The position numbers and the translations under genes were made by a program. The notes under the pieces are model-generated. The model ran no database searches. It was given only the letters and a program-made list of their open reading frames with translations, and was not told the DNA's origin. Of a stretch of 64,000 nt of DNA, positions 47,837 to 56,626 are shown piece by piece. The stretch spans positions 186,001 through 250,000 of the IMG/VR virus record IMGVR_UViG_3300007513_000001; one strand, 5' to 3'. Position 1 is the first letter of the stretch. Every line of letters starts with the position of its first letter.

Positions 47837-48393
47837 TGAAAAATGAATTTGTTATGTTTGTCGGACCCATGTTTGGTGGGAAAACTACTAAACTTTTAAG
47901 CGCGATAGACAGATATCGATATCAAGGTAGAGACATTCATGTGTTTAAACCGATAGTAGATGAAAGATATTCTAAGGAAGAAATAGTAACCCATTGGGGA
48001 ACTAAAATTCCAGCTACTAGAATCACCTCTCCAGTTAGCAGCCTTCATCCAGTATTTGAGCCTTTCTATCACCTTAAAGAATCTTGCGTTTTAGCAGTAG
48101 ATGAAGCTTTTATGTTAGAGGGAGTTGGAAAAGTTTTGGTCGACCTGTTTAGAAGAGGCCACACAGTGCTTGTTTCTTCTCTTCAGCTTTCTTCTGATTT
48201 TACTCCATATAAAGAGCTTCAAACCATGCTTCCGTACGCTACAAAAGTAGAAGTTTGTCCGGCAGTATGCTCTACGTGCGGCGCAGACGCGCACTATACT
48301 AAAAAGGTTGGCGGTCGTTCTGATCACGCAATCGAGGTAGGGGGATCAGAGATGTATCAGCCTAAGTGTTTAGAGCATTTTTATTTGGGATAA
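47836..48393 (+). CDS. tdk: Thymidine kinase
   Basis: GPMFGGKTT, D.RY, VDEA, C..CG and Y.P.C..H. TGATG coupling to the preceding gene. Confidence 0.9.
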   Translation: MKNEFVMFVGPMFGGKTTKLLSAIDRYRYQGRDIHVFKPIVDERYSKEEIVTHWGTKIPATRITSPVSSLHPVFEPFYHLKESCVLAVDEAFMLEGVGKVLVDLFRRGHTVLVSSLQLSSDFTPYKELQTMLPYATKVEVCPAVCSTCGADAHYTKKVGGRSDHAIEVGGSEMYQPKCLEHFYLG

Positions 48394-48395
48394 TT

Positions 48396-48424
48396 ATGAA
48401 ATTCTAGTTAATTCTAGTTATAAT
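48396..48424 (+). promoter_or_regulatory. Sigma70-like promoter containing a 10-bp direct repeat
   Basis: ATGAAA-N17-TATAAT; ATTCTAGTTA occurs twice at 48401-48420. Confidence 0.5.
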
Positions 48425-48428
48425 TTTA

Positions 48429-48869
48429 TTGAAGGATATTTTAACATTGTCAGACAAACACCACAAATCATCTTGGAAGTCTAGATCTTCTCTTGCTGTT
48501 ACCCCATGGGGATCTGAGATCCGATGGGCTGCAACTGCCGGAGTAAATGGAAAATGCCTCAGCATTAACAAGGGCATGAGAACAAGCTTAAAATACTATA
48601 AGTTAAAAGACGAAGTTCTTTTTCTTTACAAGGGGAAGATTTTAGTAACTCACGGAGATGAAAAAACTATAACGCATCCAGAAACACATCCATATGTTCA
48701 ATCTATTCTTGCGCCTGGAGAAATGGTAATAGTGCAGAGCCATTGCCCTTACAGGATTGAAGCTTTAGAAGATTCTGAAGTTATTGAAATAGGCTCTCGA
48801 GGTCCAGGCGACACAGTCATGCTGGAGGATGATTTCGGGAGAGCAGATAAAGCAGATAAGGAGCTTTAA
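48429..48869 (+). CDS. Cupin (mannose-6-phosphate-isomerase type II C-terminal-like); start uncertain
   Basis: PWG.E, TSL..Y..K.E, RI.A.EDS...E and EDDFGR. Confidence 0.7.
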   Translation: MKDILTLSDKHHKSSWKSRSSLAVTPWGSEIRWAATAGVNGKCLSINKGMRTSLKYYKLKDEVLFLYKGKILVTHGDEKTITHPETHPYVQSILAPGEMVIVQSHCPYRIEALEDSEVIEIGSRGPGDTVMLEDDFGRADKADKEL

Positions 48870-49775
48870 ATGACAGTAACTGACCCATCTTCAGTCAATG
48901 TAGTGATATATCACGCAGACTGCACTGACGGATTCGGAGCTGCATACGCAGCTTGGAAACTACTTGGAAATAGAGCTGAATATCATGCATGTAAACATGG
49001 TAAACCACCGCCAGACGTAAAAGGAAAAGTTGTTGCTATTTTAGATTTTTCTTATGACAATGCTACAACTAAACGAATGATAGAAGACGCGGAAGGGCTG
49101 ATCATCATCGATCATCATAAGTCAGCAGTCGTAGAATTGCACGATATCAGTAATGCTATTTTTGATATGGCTCATTCTGGAACAGTTCTTTCTTGGAACT
49201 TTTTTCACCCGGGAAAAGAATCTCCTAAGTTTTTGACTTATATTGAAGATCGCGATCTTTGGAAGTGGGAACTCCCATATTCAAAAGAATTTAGTGCAGC
49301 ATTTGATATGGTTCCATTTGAATTCGAGGAATTTGAAAAATTTGAAGACGATTCTGTATTCGATGACGCTGTAAAACGAGGTTCTTACATTTTGGCGTAT
49401 TCAAAAACTGTTGTAAAGAAAGTTTGTGAAAAAGCTGAGCCGAGAAAGTTTGAAGGTAAGGATGTACTAGTCGTCAATGCGTCTCACTGGATGTCAGAGA
49501 TTGGAGCTCGTCTTTCTCCAGACTGCGATTTTGCGATGATCTGGTATTGGGATCACGTTGCGCAGCACACTAAAGTTTCTCTAAGAGCTTTTCATGAAAC
49601 TGTGGACGTTTCTGAAATTTCTAAAAAGTTCGGTGGCGGCGGCCACAAAAAAGCAGCTGGATTTCAGCTTTCCAAAAGTAAGCATGTTGAAGATTTATTT
49701 GATAAGCCGAAAACAACTAGAAAAAAATCTACTAAATCTTCAGCTAAAACTGTAAAGAAAACGGAGACTTCTTGA
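48870..49775 (+). CDS. DHH/DHHA1 phosphoesterase
   Basis: YH.DC.DG, DHH, EDRDLW, SLR and GGGGH..AAG. Confidence 0.9.
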   Translation: MTVTDPSSVNVVIYHADCTDGFGAAYAAWKLLGNRAEYHACKHGKPPPDVKGKVVAILDFSYDNATTKRMIEDAEGLIIIDHHKSAVVELHDISNAIFDMAHSGTVLSWNFFHPGKESPKFLTYIEDRDLWKWELPYSKEFSAAFDMVPFEFEEFEKFEDDSVFDDAVKRGSYILAYSKTVVKKVCEKAEPRKFEGKDVLVVNASHWMSEIGARLSPDCDFAMIWYWDHVAQHTKVSLRAFHETVDVSEISKKFGGGGHKKAAGFQLSKSKHVEDLFDKPKTTRKKSTKSSAKTVKKTETS

Positions 49776-50173
49776 GACCGTCGTGGGATAAAATATGGAT
49801 GGATTTCGCAAGCTCAATCGCTGAGAGATCTTACGACCCAAGATTTCAAGTGGGCGCTGTTATTATTACTGAAGACAACAGCCAAGTTTTAGCTGTTGGA
49901 TATAACGGAAATTACGCTGGAGGTCCCAATGAAGTAGAATCAGAAACCCCTGGGGAATCTGGCATGCTTCATGCTGAAATTAATGCATTACTTAAAATGG
50001 ATTACAACAACCCTAAAAAGAAAAAGCTTTATCTAACTCTTTCTCCTTGTAGAATGTGCGCAAAGGCTATAATTAATAGCGGAATTAATGAAGTAGTTTA
50101 TGCTGAATCTTATAGGGACCTATCGGGGATAGAACTTTTAAAAGAATGTGGCATATCTGTAAGACACGTTTGA
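49772..50173 (+). CDS. dCMP deaminase
   Basis: VGAVI, GYNG, HAE.NA and SPC.MC. Confidence 0.92.
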   Translation: MRPSWDKIWMDFASSIAERSYDPRFQVGAVIITEDNSQVLAVGYNGNYAGGPNEVESETPGESGMLHAEINALLKMDYNNPKKKKLYLTLSPCRMCAKAIINSGINEVVYAESYRDLSGIELLKECGISVRHV

Positions 50174-50220
50174 TTCAGAACTTAATATGTAGTAATGAAT
50201 TGTAATTAACGAGGACCGTA

Positions 50221-51621
50221 ATGTCACGATTAACTATGAAAGAGAGATTCGAGCTTTTTGCGAAGTGTGGAGCTTTCGGAAATTTAGAAGATTTAATGCT
50301 TCAAGAATCCAGCGTTTCTTTTCTAATGATAGAACAATTAGAAAATGACGACGTTCAAAAACTTAGAACGTCTATTGCTAATAGTAAAAAGGTAGTAAAC
50401 CAAGCGAAATCATCTCTAGCTGATAAGTTTCCTAAATCTTTAGGACCTTATTTGTCTGGGCATGCTTCAAACCTTGACAAGGCTGAGCAGTTAGCTTCTA
50501 AAATAGATTTGTCTAACCCGGAAGGACTTAAGGGCATGCTTTCAAGCATGCTTGGCGGCAAAGTCGACGTCGGCAGAGCTCTTCAGGGAGTGTTAGAAAT
50601 TGAAGCACAGTCAAATCAATCGTTAGAAACTTTTAAAAATGCTATCGCCTTAATACACAGAAATCTTGATGGTAAGCTAGAAGACGACACGAAACTTTCG
50701 GAAATTCCAGCGGATGTGGGAATTACTTCAGATCAATTAAAAGACGCTGTTAAAAAAGCGTTTAAGGGAGCTGGCAAAAAAGGCGTATTCGCAAAGATGG
50801 CCGGCTTTTTTAAGAAAAAAGCGGCAGATATTCCTGGCGCTGAAGAGGTTGGAGAATTTCCAGCTGAAGAGTTTGCTACTGAACTTTTAGAATTACCGTT
50901 TAAAGAGCTGAAAGCTTTGGCTTCTGGCACGCAGAAATTAGAGCCTCCTGCGCCAAACGAAGATGCTATTACCGATGTAAATCAAAAAGCAGAAGAAGAA
51001 ACTACAGAAACCCCGGGAGAAGAAACTACAGAAACCCCGGGAGAAGACGCTGAAGAAACCCCTGGAGAAGATACTGAAGAGCCAGATGCTCCAGAAAACC
51101 CAGACCAAGAACAAGCGGAAAACGAAGCCGCTCTAGATGCGGCTGTTTCCGCTGAAGAAAACCAAGCCCAATCCCCCTTAAAAGCTGCCATGGACGCAGT
51201 TGATGGGTGGGTTAGTGGTCTTTCGCCATCATCTCAACAAACTCTCAAAAGAGGAAAAAGAGACGAAGAGCTTAAAACAGGGATTCAATCTGCCGTAGAG
51301 GACGTCGCCGGGGCTTTACAAAAAGCCGTGAAAGGCTCAATAGATAAGTGGGTTGGTACGCACGGTGAAACCCTTATTAAATCTAAACGTTTTAAGAAGG
51401 GAACTTTTGAAAATATGTCAGACACTATTGCTGACCTCATGGCCAATTTAATGATTTCCACTAACGAATCTGGAATACCACTTACTAAAAACAAGGTTCA
51501 AAAATCAGTTTATTCTTATTTAAACAGAAAATATTTGACTGATTACGATTCTATGATAAGTGAATCATCTAAAATTATGGATAGGTGGAATCATTTAGCG
51601 GGTTTAGATCATGAAAATTGA
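50221..51621 (+). CDS. Hypothetical protein with acidic repeats, probable internal virion protein
   Basis: EETTETPG repeats; C-terminal RWNHLAGL motif. Confidence 0.6.
   Translation: MSRLTMKERFELFAKCGAFGNLEDLMLQESSVSFLMIEQLENDDVQKLRTSIANSKKVVNQAKSSLADKFPKSLGPYLSGHASNLDKAEQLASKIDLSNPEGLKGMLSSMLGGKVDVGRALQGVLEIEAQSNQSLETFKNAIALIHRNLDGKLEDDTKLSEIPADVGITSDQLKDAVKKAFKGAGKKGVFAKMAGFFKKKAADIPGAEEVGEFPAEEFATELLELPFKELKALASGTQKLEPPAPNEDAITDVNQKAEEETTETPGEETTETPGEDAEETPGEDTEEPDAPENPDQEQAENEAALDAAVSAEENQAQSPLKAAMDAVDGWVSGLSPSSQQTLKRGKRDEELKTGIQSAVEDVAGALQKAVKGSIDKWVGTHGETLIKSKRFKKGTFENMSDTIADLMANLMISTNESGIPLTKNKVQKSVYSYLNRKYLTDYDSMISESSKIMDRWNHLAGLDHEN
50995..51084 (+). repeat. 24-bp tandem repeat (about 3.7 copies) encoding EETTETPG
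   Basis: GAAGAAACTACAGAAACCCCGGGA twice exactly, then degenerate copies. Confidence 0.85.
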
Positions 51622-51979
51622 TAAATTAGCTAATCGTCTCTTGCACGCAAGATATAAACAGCGGCTTCTTGAAGCGATATCAGAGGTAGATGTTGTAGAC
51701 GATCAAGGAAATATTATTATTGCTAAAGACTTAAAAGTTCGCCATAAAGATTCTGGTTACGAATATACGGTAGACGATGTAGTTGATGACGCCGGCGCAA
51801 TTAGTGTAGTTTTAAGAGAACCTTCAGAGCCCAGGTTTGAGCCGGCTGGCTCCGAAGCGCTATTGGGCTCTCCGCCAAACCAACAGCTTGATCTAAACGA
51901 AGACGACGCTGCCGAAGAAGAAGAGGTAGTTTTTATAGTAGACCAGGCAGAATTTGAAAAGGAGTACGAAGTCAAATGA
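51611..51979 (+). CDS. Hypothetical acidic protein
   Basis: Overlapping operon gene. Confidence 0.6.
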   Translation: MKIDKLANRLLHARYKQRLLEAISEVDVVDDQGNIIIAKDLKVRHKDSGYEYTVDDVVDDAGAISVVLREPSEPRFEPAGSEALLGSPPNQQLDLNEDDAAEEEEVVFIVDQAEFEKEYEVK

Positions 51980-52662
51980 GCAATTTAGAAAGAGATATAA
52001 AAAATCAAATTATTTCTGATTTGGGATTAGAAAATAGAGAGCTCTCTGAAGCTTATGTGACTCAAGCGAAGCAGTTTGAATTGAACACTGAATTATTGAG
52101 TTCGAAAACTAAGAAAGTTCAGCAAGAGATGATGAATGGTTATGTTGAAACTCTTAATCACGTTGCTGCTTCACTAGATACTGCCGCAGAAGACAACGCT
52201 AATTCAGATTCTTCAAAGTTCAGATCTTTAAAAATAGACGAAGTTTACAACATGAATGGTGCGTTTTTGTTCGGAATGCACTTTGAAAATATATCGGACC
52301 CTCAATCTAAAATAATGGTAGATTCTTTGACATTTATGCGCTTAGAGAGAGACTTTGGGACTTTTGATGAGTGGCAAAAAGATTTCATCGGTTGCGCCCT
52401 ATCATCTCGCTCGGGCTGGGTAGTGACAGTTTATAACGGGTTTTTAAATCGGTACATGAATGTCTGCATTGATTCTAACGATATTAGTGTACCACTCAAT
52501 TGTTATCCCCTTATAGTATTAAGCATGCACCCAGAGTCTTACGTGAGGGATTATCTGGGGGATAAGAAAGCCTATGTTTATGCGATGATGCAAGAATTTA
52601 AGTGGGACGTAGTAGAATCTAGATTCAAAAAATCTGATAAAATCAGCAAGGTGCTTAAATGA
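51976..52662 (+). CDS. Fe/Mn superoxide-dismutase homologue lacking metal ligands
   Basis: YV..LN, RDFGTFDEW..DF, GW, PL.VL, Y..DY...K..Y and W..V..RF are present, but the His/Asp ligands are replaced. Confidence 0.8.
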   Translation: MSNLERDIKNQIISDLGLENRELSEAYVTQAKQFELNTELLSSKTKKVQQEMMNGYVETLNHVAASLDTAAEDNANSDSSKFRSLKIDEVYNMNGAFLFGMHFENISDPQSKIMVDSLTFMRLERDFGTFDEWQKDFIGCALSSRSGWVVTVYNGFLNRYMNVCIDSNDISVPLNCYPLIVLSMHPESYVRDYLGDKKAYVYAMMQEFKWDVVESRFKKSDKISKVLK

Positions 52663-53318
52663 AAAGAGACGACCTAAAAGAATATTTCAGAAAATTTTAT
52701 TCTGACACTCTTTTGACTGAGCAAGATGATTTATTTGGCGATGACGAGAACGCAGATGATGAAGCGGCAGACGAAGAAGGCGATACTGAAGCTGAAGAAG
52801 AAGCAGCTCCAGAAGAGGAAGAAGAAGAAGAAGTAGAAATCGAAGCTGGAGACGAAGTCCGATTAAACAAGCCGTTCGAAGCTCAGATAGATTCAATTCT
52901 TTCAGATTTCGAAATGGATGCTCTAAAGAGTGCACAAATTAATGTTGTTGATTCTGAAGTTACCGCAGAGTCTAAATGGTGGAAAAAATCTCTTTCTAAT
53001 ATTTTGCTTGAGCAAGATGAAGAAGAAGTTACTACAGAAGCTGATATAGATTTAGATTTATTTGCATCTGATGTTGCTAGGCTTATTGGAAATTATGATG
53101 TTTTGTTAGACATGGAGTCGATTCTTTACAATAAAGCTAGAGAGCTGTTGGCGGTGAAGTATACTGAAGAAACTGCTGCTGCTTTCGATGAAATACTTCA
53201 AACTCGCTACGGGATAGAGTTAGCAAAACCTGTAGACGGTAAAGTTTCTTCTCCCGGAGAAGAAGTACAGCCCCCTCTTTCTGTGGGCGCAACTGGTGGA
53301 GAGGGCGGAGCAGCGTGA
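52659..53318 (+). CDS. Highly acidic hypothetical protein
   Basis: Glu/Asp-rich; LLTEQ and LLEQ motifs. Confidence 0.6.
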   Translation: MKRDDLKEYFRKFYSDTLLTEQDDLFGDDENADDEAADEEGDTEAEEEAAPEEEEEEEVEIEAGDEVRLNKPFEAQIDSILSDFEMDALKSAQINVVDSEVTAESKWWKKSLSNILLEQDEEEVTTEADIDLDLFASDVARLIGNYDVLLDMESILYNKARELLAVKYTEETAAAFDEILQTRYGIELAKPVDGKVSSPGEEVQPPLSVGATGGEGGAA

Positions 53319-53596
53319 CTAGCCCATTTCAAACTAGAAAATCTGTGCATGTTAATTTAACCACTGGTACTCATGCTGAGTTTAGAATGTCTCTTTTTGA
53401 AAGAGGTCTTTCGATGCAAGAAGTTTTTGAACATTTAGCATGTTCGATTGTTGACGGAGATTCTTACTTAAATAATCTTTTAGACAATCTTGAATATAAT
53501 AAGAAATATAGAGTAGGCACAAAGCAAATTATAAGCTCAGATTCTGAGACTATATTTGAGGAAATTAAAGCCAACAATACTTTTGGAGAAGATTAA
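53315..53596 (+). CDS. Possible ribbon-helix-helix DNA-binding protein
   Basis: RKSVHVNL beta-ribbon, then two helices with G.SMQE. Confidence 0.5.
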   Translation: MTSPFQTRKSVHVNLTTGTHAEFRMSLFERGLSMQEVFEHLACSIVDGDSYLNNLLDNLEYNKKYRVGTKQIISSDSETIFEEIKANNTFGED

Positions 53597-53887
53597 ATGT
53601 TTGATTTTTTGTTTAGAGATAATAAGGCTCGCGAAAACGTAGTTAGGCTTTCTAAAGAAGTTGATTCTCTCAACAAAGAATTAAACGAAGTAAAAGAAGA
53701 TTTAGATAAGATAAAAATTTCGTTAACAGAACTTCAAATGAGCTTAACTCTAGTTTTAGGTGCAACTCAAGGAGTGGCTGACGACTTAGCAGTGCTTTAT
53801 ACGACTGTTTTTGGATCTGAGCAGAAAAAAATATCAGCTTTGTCTTTTACAATGACAAAAACTGATGATGAAGACTACGAAAACTAA
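53597..53887 (+). CDS. Coiled-coil hypothetical protein
   Basis: GGAG SD; heptad pattern. Confidence 0.55.
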   Translation: MFDFLFRDNKARENVVRLSKEVDSLNKELNEVKEDLDKIKISLTELQMSLTLVLGATQGVADDLAVLYTTVFGSEQKKISALSFTMTKTDDEDYEN

Positions 53888-53910
53888 TATTTAAAAGTAG
53901 GAGGTGGTTT

Positions 53911-54102
53911 ATGAAGACACCACTTATGGATAAATTAGTTAATAAGTTAATTTCTAGGAAGTTTTTAGTTTTTCTTACGGCTACTGGACTTCTTACTTGG
54001 TCTGGATTAGATTCAGACACATGGGGCATGATCGCAATAGTCTACATTGGGGGACAATCAGTGATCGATGCTGCTTTAGCTTGGAAACATGGCGATAATT
54101 AG
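53911..54102 (+). CDS. Holin-like small membrane protein
   Basis: 63 aa, KL.SRKF followed by two hydrophobic segments; strong AGGAGG SD. Confidence 0.6.
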   Translation: MKTPLMDKLVNKLISRKFLVFLTATGLLTWSGLDSDTWGMIAIVYIGGQSVIDAALAWKHGDN

Positions 54103-54523
54103 TACAATGGCTACAGCGCTTTGGTGGATATCATTTCAAGCATGGCTTAAAAAAGCTTTGGCTTGGTGTAAGAAAAACTGGAAGCTTTTTGTGGGTATGG
54201 CTATCCCTATATTGATAATGATTATCTCTAGGAAGCGAGTCGATCTCAAAAAAGTTTTAGATAGAACTCGAGAAGATTACGAAAAAGAATTAGATCTAAT
54301 AGAAGAATCTAAACAAAAAGAGCTAGAGAAGCGAGATGAAGCTCGTAAAAATTATTTTTCTACTGTTGAAGAGATTAAAGAAAAATATGAAGAAGAAAGA
54401 AGCTCATTAGAGAAAGAAAAAACAGAAGCAATAGATAAACTTTTAGAAGAATACGCAGATGACCCCAAGGTTCTTACTGAGAAGATTAAAAGTTTAACAG
54501 GCGTAAGCATATATAATAAATGA
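54089..54523 (+). CDS. Membrane-anchored coiled-coil protein (i-spanin-like)
   Basis: N-terminal TM segment plus a charged coiled coil; overlaps the holin-like gene. Confidence 0.5.
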   Translation: MAIISTMATALWWISFQAWLKKALAWCKKNWKLFVGMAIPILIMIISRKRVDLKKVLDRTREDYEKELDLIEESKQKELEKRDEARKNYFSTVEEIKEKYEEERSSLEKEKTEAIDKLLEEYADDPKVLTEKIKSLTGVSIYNK

Positions 54524-54542
54524 ACTAATGGAGCAAAATTAA

Positions 54543-56117
54543 ATGTCCTATTCTTTAAAAGACGTTTACGGTTTTAATAAAAAGAAATCTAACCCTAAAA
54601 AAGTCCGCGCAAGAGATGTTGCTAAGCTAATACTCAGAGAAGCTATTTTAATAGAACAAGAAGAATTAGCGAAACAAGTTCAGTCTGCTGGTGGAAAGCC
54701 TATTACTCTTGTTGTTCTTTATGGACCACCAGCGGCCGGAAAGGGAGCTGCGAAAAAAGATATAGGTACTTTCATAGGAGCTTCTGGCGAGAAAGATTTT
54801 GAGAAATGGCTAGAAGACATTGGAGACGAAGGAAACAAGCATTTCCAAGAAGAAGATGCCGCCATGGTAAATATAACTACAAAGCAAATGGCACCTGCAG
54901 TGTATGGAGAAATTTCTAAGAGAGTCTCTGCCGGAGAAAATTTTGACGACGTAGTTCAAGAATATTTTCATGTAAATGAATCTGGCAAAAAGTTTTCAGT
55001 TGCTGATATTTTAAGCAAATCAGCTTTCGATAAACTTGAAAAGTCTGGAGGCGCAGAAGAATTTGCAAATTTCCCTCAAACCCAGGCATTCTTTACACAA
55101 GCTAGAGGTTTTTCTAAGCCTGTTGAGGGTTTATCTGACGACGTTAATAAAATGATGGGCCCAAGTGACGATTCACCCACACTTGGCATTCGAGCAGCCG
55201 CCGCTGGCAGATACATGAAAGATGTAAAATCGGAACTTCAGGGAATGTTAAGCACTGAAGAAATCGGATCTACTCCCTATGCCACAGTCTATTTAGCGGA
55301 TCAAGCTGGAGAGTCTACAGCTGATACAGCTAGAATTGCAGCTCTTGGAAAAATGAAAGAAGATCCAGAATTTGACGCTCTTAAAATAATCGGTGTATAT
55401 ATTCATCAACCAGCTGAAAGAACAAGGATAGCCAATCTTCATAGAGCATCTACTGGCGGCCGCCGAGTTGCTCAAAAAGAAGTTGACCGTATCTTTAAAG
55501 CGGGTCCAGAGATCGGAGCTGATGGAAACCTTGTAAATAAAGGAGCTGCTCTCGAAGCAATGGAAGGCGCTGGATTTGATCAAATTCACTTATACCACCC
55601 GCCAGACCCATTTGATCCTGAGGGAGTTGAAGTTAATGGGCGCCCAATAGGTAATGCTATTTGCGAACCTCTTGGATCCGGCAAGGGCCACTTAGATATC
55701 GAGGGCTGTGATCAGGAATCTGAGGGATCAGCGACAGGCGCAAAATCATTGAAGGGGATGGAAAAATACGCAGTTAAGCAAGCTAAAATTCCTGATGAAG
55801 AAGTTGAAGCAGCCGGTGGCGGAATTCCCGAAGATTTAGAAGCTGAAGAAAAAGAAAAGATAATTGCTGCTTTTAACAAAATGGGCTTCAGCGGAGTTTC
55901 AAGTGGAGATTTAGACAGCTACCTTACTACTTTAGCACCACCCAACGTAAGAGGTGCTTCTAAGCATGGAAAAGTCCCGTGGGCTGGTGATTTATTTGGA
56001 AAAGGAACAAATCCAACTGAGAAAATCACGCTTAAAGGAGAAAATGCCAGAAGTCAAAAGACTCAAGACGATGTTCTTCTTGAAAGGTGGCAACGCCTCG
56101 CGGGTTTACTTAAGTAG
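54543..56117 (+). CDS. P-loop kinase (zeta-toxin/AAA_33-like)
   Basis: VVLYGPPAAGKG Walker A and N..R...GGR.V lid motif; C-terminal RWQRLAGL. Confidence 0.6.
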   Translation: MSYSLKDVYGFNKKKSNPKKVRARDVAKLILREAILIEQEELAKQVQSAGGKPITLVVLYGPPAAGKGAAKKDIGTFIGASGEKDFEKWLEDIGDEGNKHFQEEDAAMVNITTKQMAPAVYGEISKRVSAGENFDDVVQEYFHVNESGKKFSVADILSKSAFDKLEKSGGAEEFANFPQTQAFFTQARGFSKPVEGLSDDVNKMMGPSDDSPTLGIRAAAAGRYMKDVKSELQGMLSTEEIGSTPYATVYLADQAGESTADTARIAALGKMKEDPEFDALKIIGVYIHQPAERTRIANLHRASTGGRRVAQKEVDRIFKAGPEIGADGNLVNKGAALEAMEGAGFDQIHLYHPPDPFDPEGVEVNGRPIGNAICEPLGSGKGHLDIEGCDQESEGSATGAKSLKGMEKYAVKQAKIPDEEVEAAGGGIPEDLEAEEKEKIIAAFNKMGFSGVSSGDLDSYLTTLAPPNVRGASKHGKVPWAGDLFGKGTNPTEKITLKGENARSQKTQDDVLLERWQRLAGLLK

Positions 56118-56138
56118 CTAGAAGTTTAATATTTTCAT

Positions 56139-56588
56139 ATGATTATGAAAAAAATATTTGCGGGAATAATAAGCCTTCAGCTTATTTTCATTCCTGTTTC
56201 TGCTCACGCTGAAGAGCTAATCGCTAACGTCAATGAAGGAGATCCCGCACCATTTAGTGGTACGCTGTTTAATCCAGAAGCTAGCGCTAGAGTAATAATA
56301 GAGTTGGAGCACGCAAATGCAGCTTGCGACCTTAGAATATCAGAGGCAACTGATAGTTTAACTGCTCGCCATACTTTTGAATTAGAAGTACTTCAATCTT
56401 CGCTAACAAGTTGCAATGATTTATGTACGGCTAGATTAGATATTCGACAGAATCAAATTGATTTTCTAAACCAGGAATTAACTAAGCAAAAGCCAGCAAA
56501 CCAAACGCTTTATTTTATAATTGGGGCAGTGCTGGGAGTTGGCTTAACTTTGGGTACTTCTTACGCATATTCAAATATTGTAAATTAG
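56139..56588 (+). CDS. Exported coiled-coil protein with a C-terminal TM segment (spanin-like)
   Basis: Signal peptide ending AHA, G.PAPF.G.L motif, coiled coil and C-terminal hydrophobic helix. Confidence 0.5.
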   Translation: MIMKKIFAGIISLQLIFIPVSAHAEELIANVNEGDPAPFSGTLFNPEASARVIIELEHANAACDLRISEATDSLTARHTFELEVLQSSLTSCNDLCTARLDIRQNQIDFLNQELTKQKPANQTLYFIIGAVLGVGLTLGTSYAYSNIVN

Positions 56589-56626
56589 CTTTCATCTACA
56601 TACTTAGTTATGTTCACGGAGTCATT

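Noticed and set aside
50995-51084. CRISPR-like repeat
   Set aside because: The copies are contiguous, in-frame coding repeats with no spacers.
51976-52662. Functional SOD auxiliary metabolic gene
   Set aside because: The metal ligands are missing.
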